Positions 25,622 through 33,372 of a stretch of DNA of 33,968 nucleotides are shown here, in pieces; positions within the stretch are counted from its first letter, which is position 1, and every line of letters starts with the position of its first letter. A model generated the notes under the pieces. That model searched no databases. It was not told where the DNA came from and was given only the letters and a program-made list of their open reading frames with translations. The position numbers and the translations under genes are program-made. Origin of the DNA: a virus; the IMG/VR virus record IMGVR_UViG_3300045988_136498. The stretch is one strand, 5' to 3'.

Positions 25622-26491
25622 GTGGAATTGACAAGAATCCTTAAAAGATACCGCAGCGGCGCGGACGTGAAAGCCGTGAAGGAAAGGCTCGTTGAACTGG
25701 GCTACCTCTGTAAAGCCACGCACAGCATGTATGGCAATGACACCTACCGTGCGGTCAAGGCGTTCCAGGCGGCGAACAATCTTGACATTGACGGCATGGT
25801 AGGCCCGATGACATGGGCCGCTCTGTTCCCCGTTTCCGCCTCGGACGAGACGGGCAAGCCGGTCGAACCTCCGTCTCACATCGGGGCCACGGCAAGACAG
25901 GCAATCAAGCTCGCGCTGTCGCAGGGGTCGAGCCTCAGAGCGGATATCTGTGTTGACGCGCTCCAACACTGCGTGGACCCCTACGCAGACAGAATTGATC
26001 TCCGCTCGTTCTACATCCGCGGGGGCAATCTTTACAATAAAGACCTCACGCCGAACGTTATGACAGCGGCAAAGCTGAACAGCTATCTCCGCAGGGCAGA
26101 TTACGCGTCGTACTATGACGGCGGCAGAGACGCGATGATGCGAGCGCAAGCGTTGAGAAGCGGTTACACGCAGACCGGCGCGGACTGCTCAGGTGGGGTC
26201 GTCGGTCTTTGGAGGAAGCACAAGGTCAAAAGCAGCGGCTTCGACGCGAGCGCGAACACGCTATACTCGTCGTACTGCGTTCAAACGAAGAACCCAAAGC
26301 CGGGCGATCTTGCGTGGCGTTCCGGACACATCGGTATCGTCGTAGGTGGCGGATACGTCGTAGAGTGGATCGGCGGGGCGTATGGCTGTCAGCTGACGAA
26401 GATCAACGACAGGCGTGCTTATAACTATGTTGATAAGAGAATGCACAGATTTTCGCAGTGGTCGGCATTCGGCGACCCGAAAGCGTATTAA
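25622..26491 (+). CDS. Endolysin: PG_binding_1 domain plus NlpC/P60 endopeptidase
   Basis: YGNDTYRAVKAFQAANNLDIDGMVGPMTWAAL marks the PG-binding domain. GADCSGGVVG (catalytic Cys) and SGHIGIVVG (His) mark the peptidase. Confidence 0.9.
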   Translation: MELTRILKRYRSGADVKAVKERLVELGYLCKATHSMYGNDTYRAVKAFQAANNLDIDGMVGPMTWAALFPVSASDETGKPVEPPSHIGATARQAIKLALSQGSSLRADICVDALQHCVDPYADRIDLRSFYIRGGNLYNKDLTPNVMTAAKLNSYLRRADYASYYDGGRDAMMRAQALRSGYTQTGADCSGGVVGLWRKHKVKSSGFDASANTLYSSYCVQTKNPKPGDLAWRSGHIGIVVGGGYVVEWIGGAYGCQLTKINDRRAYNYVDKRMHRFSQWSAFGDPKAY

Positions 26492-26513
26492 GAAGTAAGA
26501 AGGAGGACGAAGA

Positions 26514-26780
26514 ATGACAGAATGGGGAGTTGTTGGCGTGATCGCGGCACTGGTCGCCTTGGGTGCGGCGATAGTTACGCCACTGGTTAAACTTACAAAA
26601 GCGATCACGGCGCTCACGATTAACGTGAGCGCTATGCAAAAGGCGATCGAGGGCCACAAAGCCGACAACAAAGCCAGCCACGATCGGCTGTGGAGACGCA
26701 GCGACGAGCATGATGCAAAGCTTTCCGACCACGAGACGCGGATCGGAATCATTGAACAAATGGAAAGGATGGATAAGTGA
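26514..26780 (+). CDS. Lysis-cassette membrane protein (N-terminal TM plus coiled coil)
   Basis: RBS AGGAGGA. TM segment VVGVIAALVALGAAIV. C-terminal DEHDAKLSDHETRIGIIE. Confidence 0.55.
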   Translation: MTEWGVVGVIAALVALGAAIVTPLVKLTKAITALTINVSAMQKAIEGHKADNKASHDRLWRRSDEHDAKLSDHETRIGIIEQMERMDK

Positions 26781-26980
26781 TGAAGTACGATTTCAAACAG
26801 TGGATTAAGGCAGCGGGCATTCGCGCGCTGAAAACCCTAGCGCAGGCAGCGATCGCTATGATCGGCACGTCTGCCGTGCTGGACGAGGTGAACTGGGTGA
26901 TGGTGGCAAGCGCGTCTGCGCTCGCTGCGGTCCTGTCTCTGCTCACCAGCGTGGCAGGGCTACCGGAGCTCGAGGAGTAA
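26780..26980 (+). CDS. Holin (LL-H-like)
   Basis: AGIRALKTLAQAAIAMIG...VASASALAAVLSLLTSVAGLPE gives two hydrophobic helices. Adjacent to the endolysin. Confidence 0.65.
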   Translation: MKYDFKQWIKAAGIRALKTLAQAAIAMIGTSAVLDEVNWVMVASASALAAVLSLLTSVAGLPELEE

Positions 26981-27038
26981 AGAAGATAGTGGAGGCGCCC
27001 CGGTGACGAGCCGGGGCTATCTGATACGGAGGGAAAAG

Positions 27039-27191
27039 ATGTTCTGGAAACGAAGACGGGAGATGTTTGAACTCCTAACACGGGTTTTTGAGCTCGAGGC
27101 GAAAAACGATGCGCTGCGCCCCGAGGTAAAGCTCCTCCGTGAGGAAATGGGGATAATCGCGGAGGAGAGGGAGAAGGATATCAATCGATGA
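27039..27191 (+). CDS. Hypothetical coiled-coil protein (50 aa)
   Basis: RBS GGAGGGAAAAG. The stop overlaps the next start. Confidence 0.4.
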   Translation: MFWKRRREMFELLTRVFELEAKNDALRPEVKLLREEMGIIAEEREKDINR

Positions 27192-27472
27192 TGATATGTG
27201 ATCCGGAGGTCGCATGCATCCTCGTCTATCTCGGGGAACGAGAACAAGAGGTGTCGATGCGTGATATTCTTGACGCAAAGCCGCGATCCGAGTGGCTACA
27301 ATTGATTCAGCAATGGATCCATAACGAGACGGACCGAGAGATGATCACACGGCGGCTTTTAGACGGAAAGACGTATGAGCAGCTGTGTGATGAATTTGGG
27401 CCGCTTCAGATAGACCAGATTAAGAGGAGGATCAGTCGCGCACAAAAGCAGCTCATATCGCACGCAAATTGA
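27188..27472 (+). CDS. Sigma-70 region-4-like HTH regulator
   Basis: REMITRRLLDGKTYEQLCDEFGPLQIDQIKRRISRAQKQL. Confidence 0.55.
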   Translation: MMICDPEVACILVYLGEREQEVSMRDILDAKPRSEWLQLIQQWIHNETDREMITRRLLDGKTYEQLCDEFGPLQIDQIKRRISRAQKQLISHAN

Positions 27473-27502
27473 GCGTAGTTTTTAATAAAAAGAGACGCGG
27501 AT

Positions 27503-27538
27503 AAGCCCTATCGATGCACTTCGATAGGGCTTTTTTTT
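27503..27538 (+). terminator. Strong intrinsic terminator
   Basis: AAGCCCTATCGA-TGCACT-TCGATAGGGCTT followed by a T run. Confidence 0.85.
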
Positions 27539-27579
27539 GTGCCAAAATTTAGGCACGGAGAAAGAAAAGGAGGCCGACG

Positions 27580-27981
27580 ATGTATACACATTATCCGATG
27601 AATGCGCAGACGCCATACATGCAGCAAGCGAGTATCTATGGGAACCCATACCAGCAACGTCTTGAGGCCATCACGCAGCAACAAGCACAGCAGCAGAGCC
27701 CGCAGTCCAATGCGCAGTTCGTCATGGTCGACGGGATCGAAGCTGCAAGGAATACGGCTGTTATGCCTGGCCAGATCAGATGGATGATGAACAACGACGG
27801 CTCCATGATGTATGTTAAGGCGGTGGATATGACGGGAGCAGTCTCGATGCGCGTATTGAATCTTGTGGAAGTCACGCCGGATATGCAGCAGAAACCCGGG
27901 AAGGAGTACGCGCCGATGGATCGCCTGATTGAGATTGAACGTAGAATTGATGCACTCGAGCAGAAAGGGACGTCGGAATGA
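27580..27981 (+). CDS. Hypothetical protein with a Gln-rich N-terminus
   Basis: RBS AAAGGAGG. About 13 Gln in the first 46 residues. Confidence 0.6.
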   Translation: MYTHYPMNAQTPYMQQASIYGNPYQQRLEAITQQQAQQQSPQSNAQFVMVDGIEAARNTAVMPGQIRWMMNNDGSMMYVKAVDMTGAVSMRVLNLVEVTPDMQQKPGKEYAPMDRLIEIERRIDALEQKGTSE

Positions 27982-28202
27982 ATCTCGCAGATTTAGCAAG
28001 AGGTGCGTCGATAAAAGGGGTAGCGCAGCAACCGAGTAACCCAGTCCAAATGATGCAGGCATTTGCGCAATTCAAACAACAGTTACACGACAAAGATCCT
28101 CGAGCAATAGTGGAAAGTCTGCTGGCGACAGGACAAATGACGAAAGAGCAATTTGTGATGCTCAAACAACAGGCGGAGGCCCTTTCAGGGCTACTGAAAT
28201 AA
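27978..28202 (+). CDS. Hypothetical protein (74 aa)
   Basis: ATGA overlap with the upstream gene. Confidence 0.55.
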   Translation: MNLADLARGASIKGVAQQPSNPVQMMQAFAQFKQQLHDKDPRAIVESLLATGQMTKEQFVMLKQQAEALSGLLK

Positions 28203-28251
28203 GAGCGGTCCGGAACGCTTTTATAATACATAGAGAAAGGAAAGAAATGTT

Positions 28252-28842
28252 ATGGAAAACGGAATGACCCCTGCCGACATTGGTGCGATCATGGGGAACC
28301 GTGACGGTGAAGGATTTGGCGGCGGCGCGTGGTGGATCATCATCCTGTTCCTGTTCGTGTTCATGGGTGGTGGTTGCTGGGGCAACAGACAGGGCGATTA
28401 CAGCCAATACGCCACGGCGGCCTCGCAGCAGCAGATCCTTTTCAATCAGCAATTTGACCAGATTAACCAGCGTCTGACGAACATCGGCAACGGGATCTGC
28501 GACAGCACCTACGTGCTTAACAACTCTATCACGGGGGAAGGGCGAGCGCTCTCTGCGCAGATCGCGAATTGCTGCTGCGAGAATCGCCTCGCCACGGCGA
28601 ACCTATCAGCGCAGATCGACAGGCAGACGTGCGACATCACATCTGCGATACATGCGGAAGGAGAGGCAACAAGATCGCTGATCCATACTAACGAGATCCA
28701 AACGCTGAGAGATAAGGTCGCGAGCCTCGAGATGGACAACCGTATGTATGGTGTAGTGAGATATCCGAACGGATACACATACAGCGCGGGGAACTCTCCA
28801 TTCTGCGCATGCGGAAACGGATGCGGATGCGGTAACTTTTGA
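28252..28842 (+). CDS. Membrane-anchored Cys-rich hypothetical protein
   Basis: Gly-rich segment plus TM (GFGGGAWWIIILFLFVFMGGG). Motifs GICDSTYVLNNSI and NCCCEN, and a C-terminal FCACGNGCGCGNF. 10 Cys in total. Confidence 0.65.
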   Translation: MENGMTPADIGAIMGNRDGEGFGGGAWWIIILFLFVFMGGGCWGNRQGDYSQYATAASQQQILFNQQFDQINQRLTNIGNGICDSTYVLNNSITGEGRALSAQIANCCCENRLATANLSAQIDRQTCDITSAIHAEGEATRSLIHTNEIQTLRDKVASLEMDNRMYGVVRYPNGYTYSAGNSPFCACGNGCGCGNF

Positions 28843-28878
28843 AAAAGGATACGCCCTGTTAGGCGAGGAAGTTTAACA

Positions 28879-28906
28879 GGGGCGGGAAACCGCCCCAATC
28901 TATTTT
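28879..28906 (+). terminator. Hairpin with a GAAA tetraloop (terminator-like)
   Basis: GGGGCGG-GAAA-CCGCCCC followed by AATCTATTTT. Confidence 0.5.
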
Positions 28907-28929
28907 GAAAGGAAGGAAAAAAAGACCAC

Positions 28930-29331
28930 ATGAGCAAGGCTTTGATTTATGCTGTAAATACGGAAGCTCCGACGATCGCTGAGGGCGGGAGTGTGCCCGT
29001 AGGGACGGTTATTCATCGATTTGGATGCGCTCTGCGCAAAGCAGGTAACACGATCCAGGCGATTGGTAAAGGATACTTCGAGGGGACGGTATCCGCGACG
29101 ATAGCGCCGACAGCGGCAGGAACGGCGACAATCACGGCGACGAAAGACGGAGTGGCCATACCGGGAGCAGTAGGCAAGGCGACGGTGGCGACAGCAGGGG
29201 ACAATGCAGTAGTGTCGTTCCCGTTCGCATTCCGTAACTACAACGAATGCGACACATCGATGATCGCGTTTGTTCTAAGCGGAGCAACGGGTGTGTTGAA
29301 CAATCTTTCGATTGTCGTCGAAAAGGCGTGA
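28930..29331 (+). CDS. Beta-rich hypothetical protein, possibly a BclA-C-terminal/ExsF-like (C1q/TNF-like) fold
   Basis: RBS GGAAGGA. The pattern IQAIGKGYFEGTVSATI...ATKDGVAIPGA...LSIVVEKA recalls exosporium C-terminal domains (recollection, unverified). Confidence 0.55.
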   Translation: MSKALIYAVNTEAPTIAEGGSVPVGTVIHRFGCALRKAGNTIQAIGKGYFEGTVSATIAPTAAGTATITATKDGVAIPGAVGKATVATAGDNAVVSFPFAFRNYNECDTSMIAFVLSGATGVLNNLSIVVEKA

Positions 29332-29336
29332 CGAGC

Positions 29337-29852
29337 ATGAATGCGCAGGACGTTTATTCCAAAATCAGCGACATGCTGTTGGAAGGCGTGATGTTTCATG
29401 ACCAAATGGCGGATTGCTTCAGATTTCTAGGGCTGGATGGATTCGCATGCGAGCACGAGGAACAGGCGATCAAAGAGGCGGCAGCGCGGAGAGAAATGGT
29501 TCGGTATTTTATTGGAAACCATAACCAACTGCTGAAAGACGCGAGCCCGCATAATCCCGGAGTAATTCCGGACACATGGCGGAAGTACGCAAGGCAACAG
29601 ATCGACACGGCGACAAAGAGACGCGCCGTAAGGGATACTTATGAACGATGGTTCAAAAGGGAGAAAGAGGTTAAGGAGATTCTAGAGACATTCTATAAAG
29701 AACTGATCGAGGAGGCGGAGATCGCGGCTGCGACCAAGATACAAGACATCATCTGCGCGGTAGAATCGGAACTTTGTAGAATTGTTAAGAAACAACTGAT
29801 ACTGCAGAGCACGGACTACGATATTGGTTGCATAAATTCCATGCAGAAATAG
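29337..29852 (+). CDS. Helical hypothetical protein (possible four-helix-bundle or ferritin-like)
   Basis: The ATG lies 6 nt after the upstream stop. The maximal ORF from 29247 overlaps the previous gene. Confidence 0.55.
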   Translation: MNAQDVYSKISDMLLEGVMFHDQMADCFRFLGLDGFACEHEEQAIKEAAARREMVRYFIGNHNQLLKDASPHNPGVIPDTWRKYARQQIDTATKRRAVRDTYERWFKREKEVKEILETFYKELIEEAEIAAATKIQDIICAVESELCRIVKKQLILQSTDYDIGCINSMQK

Positions 29853-29877
29853 AAAGGTTGAAATATCCATATAAAAT

Positions 29878-29902
29878 AAGTGTGTACTTTTTTGTGTACT
29901 TT
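29878..29902. repeat. 25-nt direct repeat, copy 1 (two GTGTACTTT half-sites); candidate integrase arm-type site
   Basis: AAGTGTGTACTTTTTTGTGTACTTT, identical to 30130-30154. Confidence 0.8.
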
Positions 29903-30129
29903 TGGTTATGCAAAATGCGAAAACCCCAGATATTATCTGGGGTTTTCATGGTGCCGGAAGTGGGAGGCATACCCACAAGGGTTGAATTTCATAGAGTATA
30001 TATGCAAACATCGGAATTGCAGTTCGAACAAATTTACAAGGAAAACAGGCGGTTTTTGAGATTCAAGACGAGGTTGCAGCCCTGCATGATTACTCAAAAT
30101 GCAATACGAATATTCAGTGGTACAATAGA
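29903..30129. other. Candidate attP core region
   Basis: Non-coding and AT-richer. Bracketed by the 25-nt repeats and adjacent to the integrase 3' end. Confidence 0.5.
29919..29947. terminator. Hairpin terminator at the end of the accessory cassette
   Basis: GAAAACCCCA-GATATTATC-TGGGGTTTTC, a 10-bp stem. Confidence 0.7.
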
Positions 30130-30154
30130 AAGTGTGTACTTTTTTGTGTACTTT
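30130..30154. repeat. 25-nt direct repeat, copy 2; candidate integrase arm-type site
   Basis: Identical 25-mer that overlaps the integrase stop codon. Confidence 0.8.
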
Positions 30155-31256
30155 ATAAAAACTCATTTTGATGCAATAAGGAAGAAAAAGCGGCGTCCGT
30201 CTTCTCTTTAATGCGCTGCATCTGGTCCGTCAGGGCGTGATTGTAAACGCCGAGCGTATCCATGTTCTGGCCATGCCCGAGAACAGAGCGAAGCTCCGCG
30301 AGCGACAGATCGCCGAGCCCTGCTATGATCGAAACGTAGGTATGCCGCATTTCATAAGGCGTGATCTCGGGGATATTGTTCCGGACGAGGTATCGATGCA
30401 GCTCAACGGCGATATGCTGCTGGCAAGCCTGGCTGCCGTCGGCAGCCGGGAACACATGCTTGCTGACGATTCCGGCTTGCAAGAGCATCTGTCGCTGCGC
30501 GGAGAGGATCTCCGCGGCGATAATGGTCAACGGTTCATCGCGAATCGCATTCTCATTTTTGCCGCGCGTCATCTCATCGTCATAATTTCTGGAGCCGCGG
30601 ACGCGGATCGTATTCCGATCAACGTGCCGCCATTCGAGCGCGACCAGTTCGCCGGGGCGCAGTCCGGTCACGACGGCGAAGCGCCACGCGTGAATGTACC
30701 AGCAGCGAACGTCCTTTCTGTAGTAAGTGGTCAAGTCCGAATTAAAAAGTGTGCTCAACCCGCTCGGCTGAAGGATGCGCTTCTCATTCTGAGGGGCGCT
30801 TTTGCTGACCACGAGCCGCTCCGAACGGTCATAGAATGCTAGGAAATTCGAGATCGCTCCGCGAATGTTCTCCAGCGACTTCTTGGATAACCCGTGCGCG
30901 GCTCCTTTGTTCAAAATGTCTTGAAAATCCTGCCGAGAGACGGAGGACAGCCTTTTCTTGCCGATCGCAGGGCGGATCCATGTTTCGGTGATGCTTTTGC
31001 GCTGTCGATAATTGGAACCGCCCGTGGAGATCTTGACGTGTTCCAACCATTTGTCGAGCAGGCGATCACAGCGCCCAGACGCGCCGGAAACGGTGGCGAG
31101 AAGCCACTTATCCGCCTTTCGGTTGCATTCGGTTTGCCCGGAACGGCCGGGCGTCGAGCAGACGAAGGTCTTGCGTTCGCCGGCCTCGTTGGTCACATTG
31201 ACCTGCCAACGCTGTGAGGCTTCAATCCACTTTGCGGTAGTGTTTCGAATTCGCAT
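30153..31256 (-). CDS. int: Tyrosine site-specific integrase
   Basis: RBS AGGAG 7 nt before the ATG. Motifs TGLRPGELVALEW (Arg), YEMRHTYVS (HxxR) and LGHGQNMDTLGVYNH (His/Tyr). The upstream part of the 448-aa ORF overlaps the next gene and is discarded. Confidence 0.93.
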   Translation of the reverse strand: MRIRNTTAKWIEASQRWQVNVTNEAGERKTFVCSTPGRSGQTECNRKADKWLLATVSGASGRCDRLLDKWLEHVKISTGGSNYRQRKSITETWIRPAIGKKRLSSVSRQDFQDILNKGAAHGLSKKSLENIRGAISNFLAFYDRSERLVVSKSAPQNEKRILQPSGLSTLFNSDLTTYYRKDVRCWYIHAWRFAVVTGLRPGELVALEWRHVDRNTIRVRGSRNYDDEMTRGKNENAIRDEPLTIIAAEILSAQRQMLLQAGIVSKHVFPAADGSQACQQHIAVELHRYLVRNNIPEITPYEMRHTYVSIIAGLGDLSLAELRSVLGHGQNMDTLGVYNHALTDQMQRIKEKTDAAFSSLLHQNEFL

Positions 31257-31314
31257 GAAAATCTCCTTTTTTGGATATACGAAAGCCGCCGTGCGGCGGC
31301 TTATTGGATACGGC

Positions 31315-31797
31315 TTACGTCTCGGGTGTGTCCGGGGCATCGGATGCGAGACCGCCATCGCCGGCTGCCGCAAGCGCGCGGGCATAATGCTTCCGCTGCC
31401 GGGAGGCATAGGAGGCGTTGATGATGAGGCCGAGCGTGACGCCAACAGCAGCGGAGGCGACATCCAGGAGCAGAGCCACGCCGCCGTAGGAGTACCCATA
31501 CCCCATCGAGGACACGGCGGCCGCGGATGAGATAGCCTTCACAAAGGGAGCGACGACAGAGAGCACGGCGAGACCGACGCCGAATTTGGACTTTCGGATT
31601 TCGGGCGGCTTCTCCATCAGCTCATCGTATATGGCGTCCTTTTTCTCATCACTGAGAGCCTTCCACTCAGGCACTGTGCGGCCGTCGGCAAGAATCGGCG
31701 CGCCGCATTTGGGGCATTTCCGCTTCAATGACGGCGAGGATTCGTCCCAACCCAAGTAGGTCTTTCGACATTTCAAGCAGTAGTACGCGAATTCCAT
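31315..31797 (-). CDS. Zinc-ribbon membrane protein
   Basis: RBS GAGGAGG. CLKC...CPKCG at the N-terminus and two hydrophobic Gly/Ala-rich segments at the C-terminus. Confidence 0.6.
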   Translation of the reverse strand: MEFAYYCLKCRKTYLGWDESSPSLKRKCPKCGAPILADGRTVPEWKALSDEKKDAIYDELMEKPPEIRKSKFGVGLAVLSVVAPFVKAISSAAAVSSMGYGYSYGGVALLLDVASAAVGVTLGLIINASYASRQRKHYARALAAAGDGGLASDAPDTPET

Positions 31798-31808
31798 ATG
31801 ATACCTCC

Positions 31809-32249
31809 TCAAACGATATATCCCATCAAGCGGCCGGCGATGTCGCGGAACCAGCCGACGTTGGGGTTGAGTCTGTCGCACACGAGCAAGCTGATCACGC
31901 CCAGAAGGACAGCGACCAGCGCCGCGACGATAAGCGCCTTTTCGGTGCGGAGCCGGTGAAGCTCACGCCTCTGTGATTCGACCTCGGCGCGGAGATAGTC
32001 GATCATGATGCTGTGCAGATCGTGAGAGCCTTCCGGCGGGACAAAGGCGGGGGAGAACAGATCGTCGAGCGAACCGTCCAACGCGTGGACGATCGCGACA
32101 AGCGTATCTGCGCGCGGGGCCTGCGTGCGGCCGTTGAAAACGTCTCTTACCGTCGGCAACGGAACGCCGGAGCGATCGGAGATCTGCTGCAGCGACAAGC
32201 TGCGGGAACTCCTGAGGGAATTAAGAGATTCGAGAAAGCCACAGTCCAT
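31809..32249 (-). CDS. XRE-family HTH protein with a C-terminal transmembrane anchor
   Basis: RBS GGAGG. HTH segment LSLQQISDRSGVPLPTVRDVFNGRTQAPRADTLVAIVHAL, a coiled segment, and TM ALIVAALVAVLLGVISLLV. Confidence 0.65.
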   Translation of the reverse strand: MDCGFLESLNSLRSSRSLSLQQISDRSGVPLPTVRDVFNGRTQAPRADTLVAIVHALDGSLDDLFSPAFVPPEGSHDLHSIMIDYLRAEVESQRRELHRLRTEKALIVAALVAVLLGVISLLVCDRLNPNVGWFRDIAGRLMGYIV

Positions 32250-32462
32250 GATATGCCTCCAAAACCCGAAATGGTGGAAAACCGTCTGAACTTGACGGAA
32301 CTCCGTGGCCGAAACGGGGTGTTCCGGTCTTGGCGCGCGGGCAGGAATCGGATATGATGAAACCAGCCCGGACGGCGACGCAGAGAAAGCGTCTGGGCGA
32401 CAGACGGCGGAGGATGTTGCAGCATCCACCGCTGCCAGAAGAATATGGCAGGGGGGAAAGAA

Positions 32463-32612
32463 ATGAAAAAGGAATCAATGATCAAACTGCTGCTCGATCA
32501 AATGAATGAGCAGCAGTTCCGGAACTATCTCGACATCATCTCCTCGTATGGAATGGCTCGGTTCGGTATCTCAGTTGTGGTTTCCGATAAAAATGTGGAG
32601 GAAACAACATGA
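32463..32612 (+). CDS. Small hypothetical protein (49 aa)
   Basis: RBS GGGGGGAAAG. The stop overlaps the next start. Confidence 0.35.
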   Translation: MKKESMIKLLLDQMNEQQFRNYLDIISSYGMARFGISVVVSDKNVEETT

Positions 32613-32698
32613 AAGAAAAGATTTTGAACCTACTGGAAAACGCAAGCGACCACGAGCTCCGTCTGATCTATCGATTCATCGTTGCACTGATCGCCTGA
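32609..32698 (+). CDS. Small hypothetical protein (29 aa)
   Basis: RBS GGAGGA. The motif ILNLLENASDHELRLIYRFIVAL resembles IKLLLDQMNEQQFRNYLDII of the preceding ORF. Confidence 0.35.
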   Translation: MKEKILNLLENASDHELRLIYRFIVALIA

Positions 32699-32700
32699 GC

Positions 32701-33063
32701 CTACTGCTCGTCAAACAGCTCCCGCGCCTTGCGCTCGATCAATGCCCATTCGTCGATTGACATCCGAGCGAGTACAATCAACAAACGTCGGCGGAAATCG
32801 GGATTGCCGCGGAGAACGTCCCCAAAGAAAGCTGCGAGTTCATCCTCGCGGCTTATTTTTATGGTCATATCGCCCTCGCCTGTGAGCAGCCATTGCTTGT
32901 TGAGATTGAAGCGGATCTCCATCAGCGCGACGATCGCGTCGGACGGCGTATTCTCGCCGGATTCCCATTTCCGAACAGCAGATAAGGACACATTGAGCGC
33001 TTTTCCGAAATTGGTCTGGCTTAAATTGAGCGAATTTCTGAAAAATTTGATGCGTTCATTCAT
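32701..33063 (-). CDS. CI-like repressor (XRE-family HTH)
   Basis: LNLSQTNFGKALNVSLSAVRKWESGENTPSDAIVALMEIRFNLNKQWLLTGEG. Divergent from the early promoter. Confidence 0.8.
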   Translation of the reverse strand: MNERIKFFRNSLNLSQTNFGKALNVSLSAVRKWESGENTPSDAIVALMEIRFNLNKQWLLTGEGDMTIKISREDELAAFFGDVLRGNPDFRRRLLIVLARMSIDEWALIERKARELFDEQ

Positions 33064-33086
33064 AGATTTAGTCTCCTATGCCTCAA

Positions 33087-33115
33087 ATAGTATCACCATT
33101 AAAAAAAGAAGTCAA
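33087..33115 (-). promoter_or_regulatory. Leftward promoter for the repressor gene
   Basis: The minus strand reads TTGACT, then 17 nt, then TACTAT. Confidence 0.6.
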
Positions 33116-33145
33116 CAGCCAATTGACATTTAATAACAAAAGCAC

Positions 33146-33191
33146 TTGACATGCGTTATCAAATGGCATATCATACTGTTATGAGATAACA
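33146..33191 (+). promoter_or_regulatory. Rightward early promoter plus a palindromic operator candidate
   Basis: TTGACA, 17 nt, TATCAT at 33146-33174. TGTTAT-GAG-ATAACA at 33177-33191. Confidence 0.6.
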
Positions 33192-33207
33192 CATCGAGGT
33201 GAATTTA

Positions 33208-33360
33208 ATGAGCGAACAAGAGAAAGAGATCGGTCTGCGGTTGGCAGAGGCGTACAATGCGCTGCCGGAGACGGAGCAGGCGCGACTGGTGGGATTTGCG
33301 GAGGGGGTCGCGGCGATGACGCCGCGGCAGGAACCGGAGGCCGAAGAACAGACGGCGTAA
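33208..33360 (+). CDS. Small early protein (50 aa)
   Basis: RBS GAGGTG. First ORF after the early promoter. Confidence 0.5.
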   Translation: MSEQEKEIGLRLAEAYNALPETEQARLVGFAEGVAAMTPRQEPEAEEQTA

Positions 33361-33372
33361 AGGAGGCAAAAC

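Noticed and set aside
29949-29979. Possible tRNA gene on the minus strand.
   Set aside because: Only a 3'-half-like geometry is present. The loop TATGCCT lacks the canonical T-loop, and no matching 5' acceptor strand (GCCGGAA) lies upstream. I kept it only as an attP-core hint.
31257-31499. N-terminal 81-codon extension of the integrase ORF.
   Set aside because: It overlaps the 3' end of the upstream zinc-ribbon gene and is Pro/Ser/Ala-rich. A strong RBS (AGGAG) precedes the internal ATG at 31256.
32250-32429. 60-codon GTG-initiated extension of the membrane-anchored XRE gene.
   Set aside because: It is Pro/Ser/Ala-rich. A GGAGG RBS precedes the internal ATG at 32249. The region more plausibly holds promoters.
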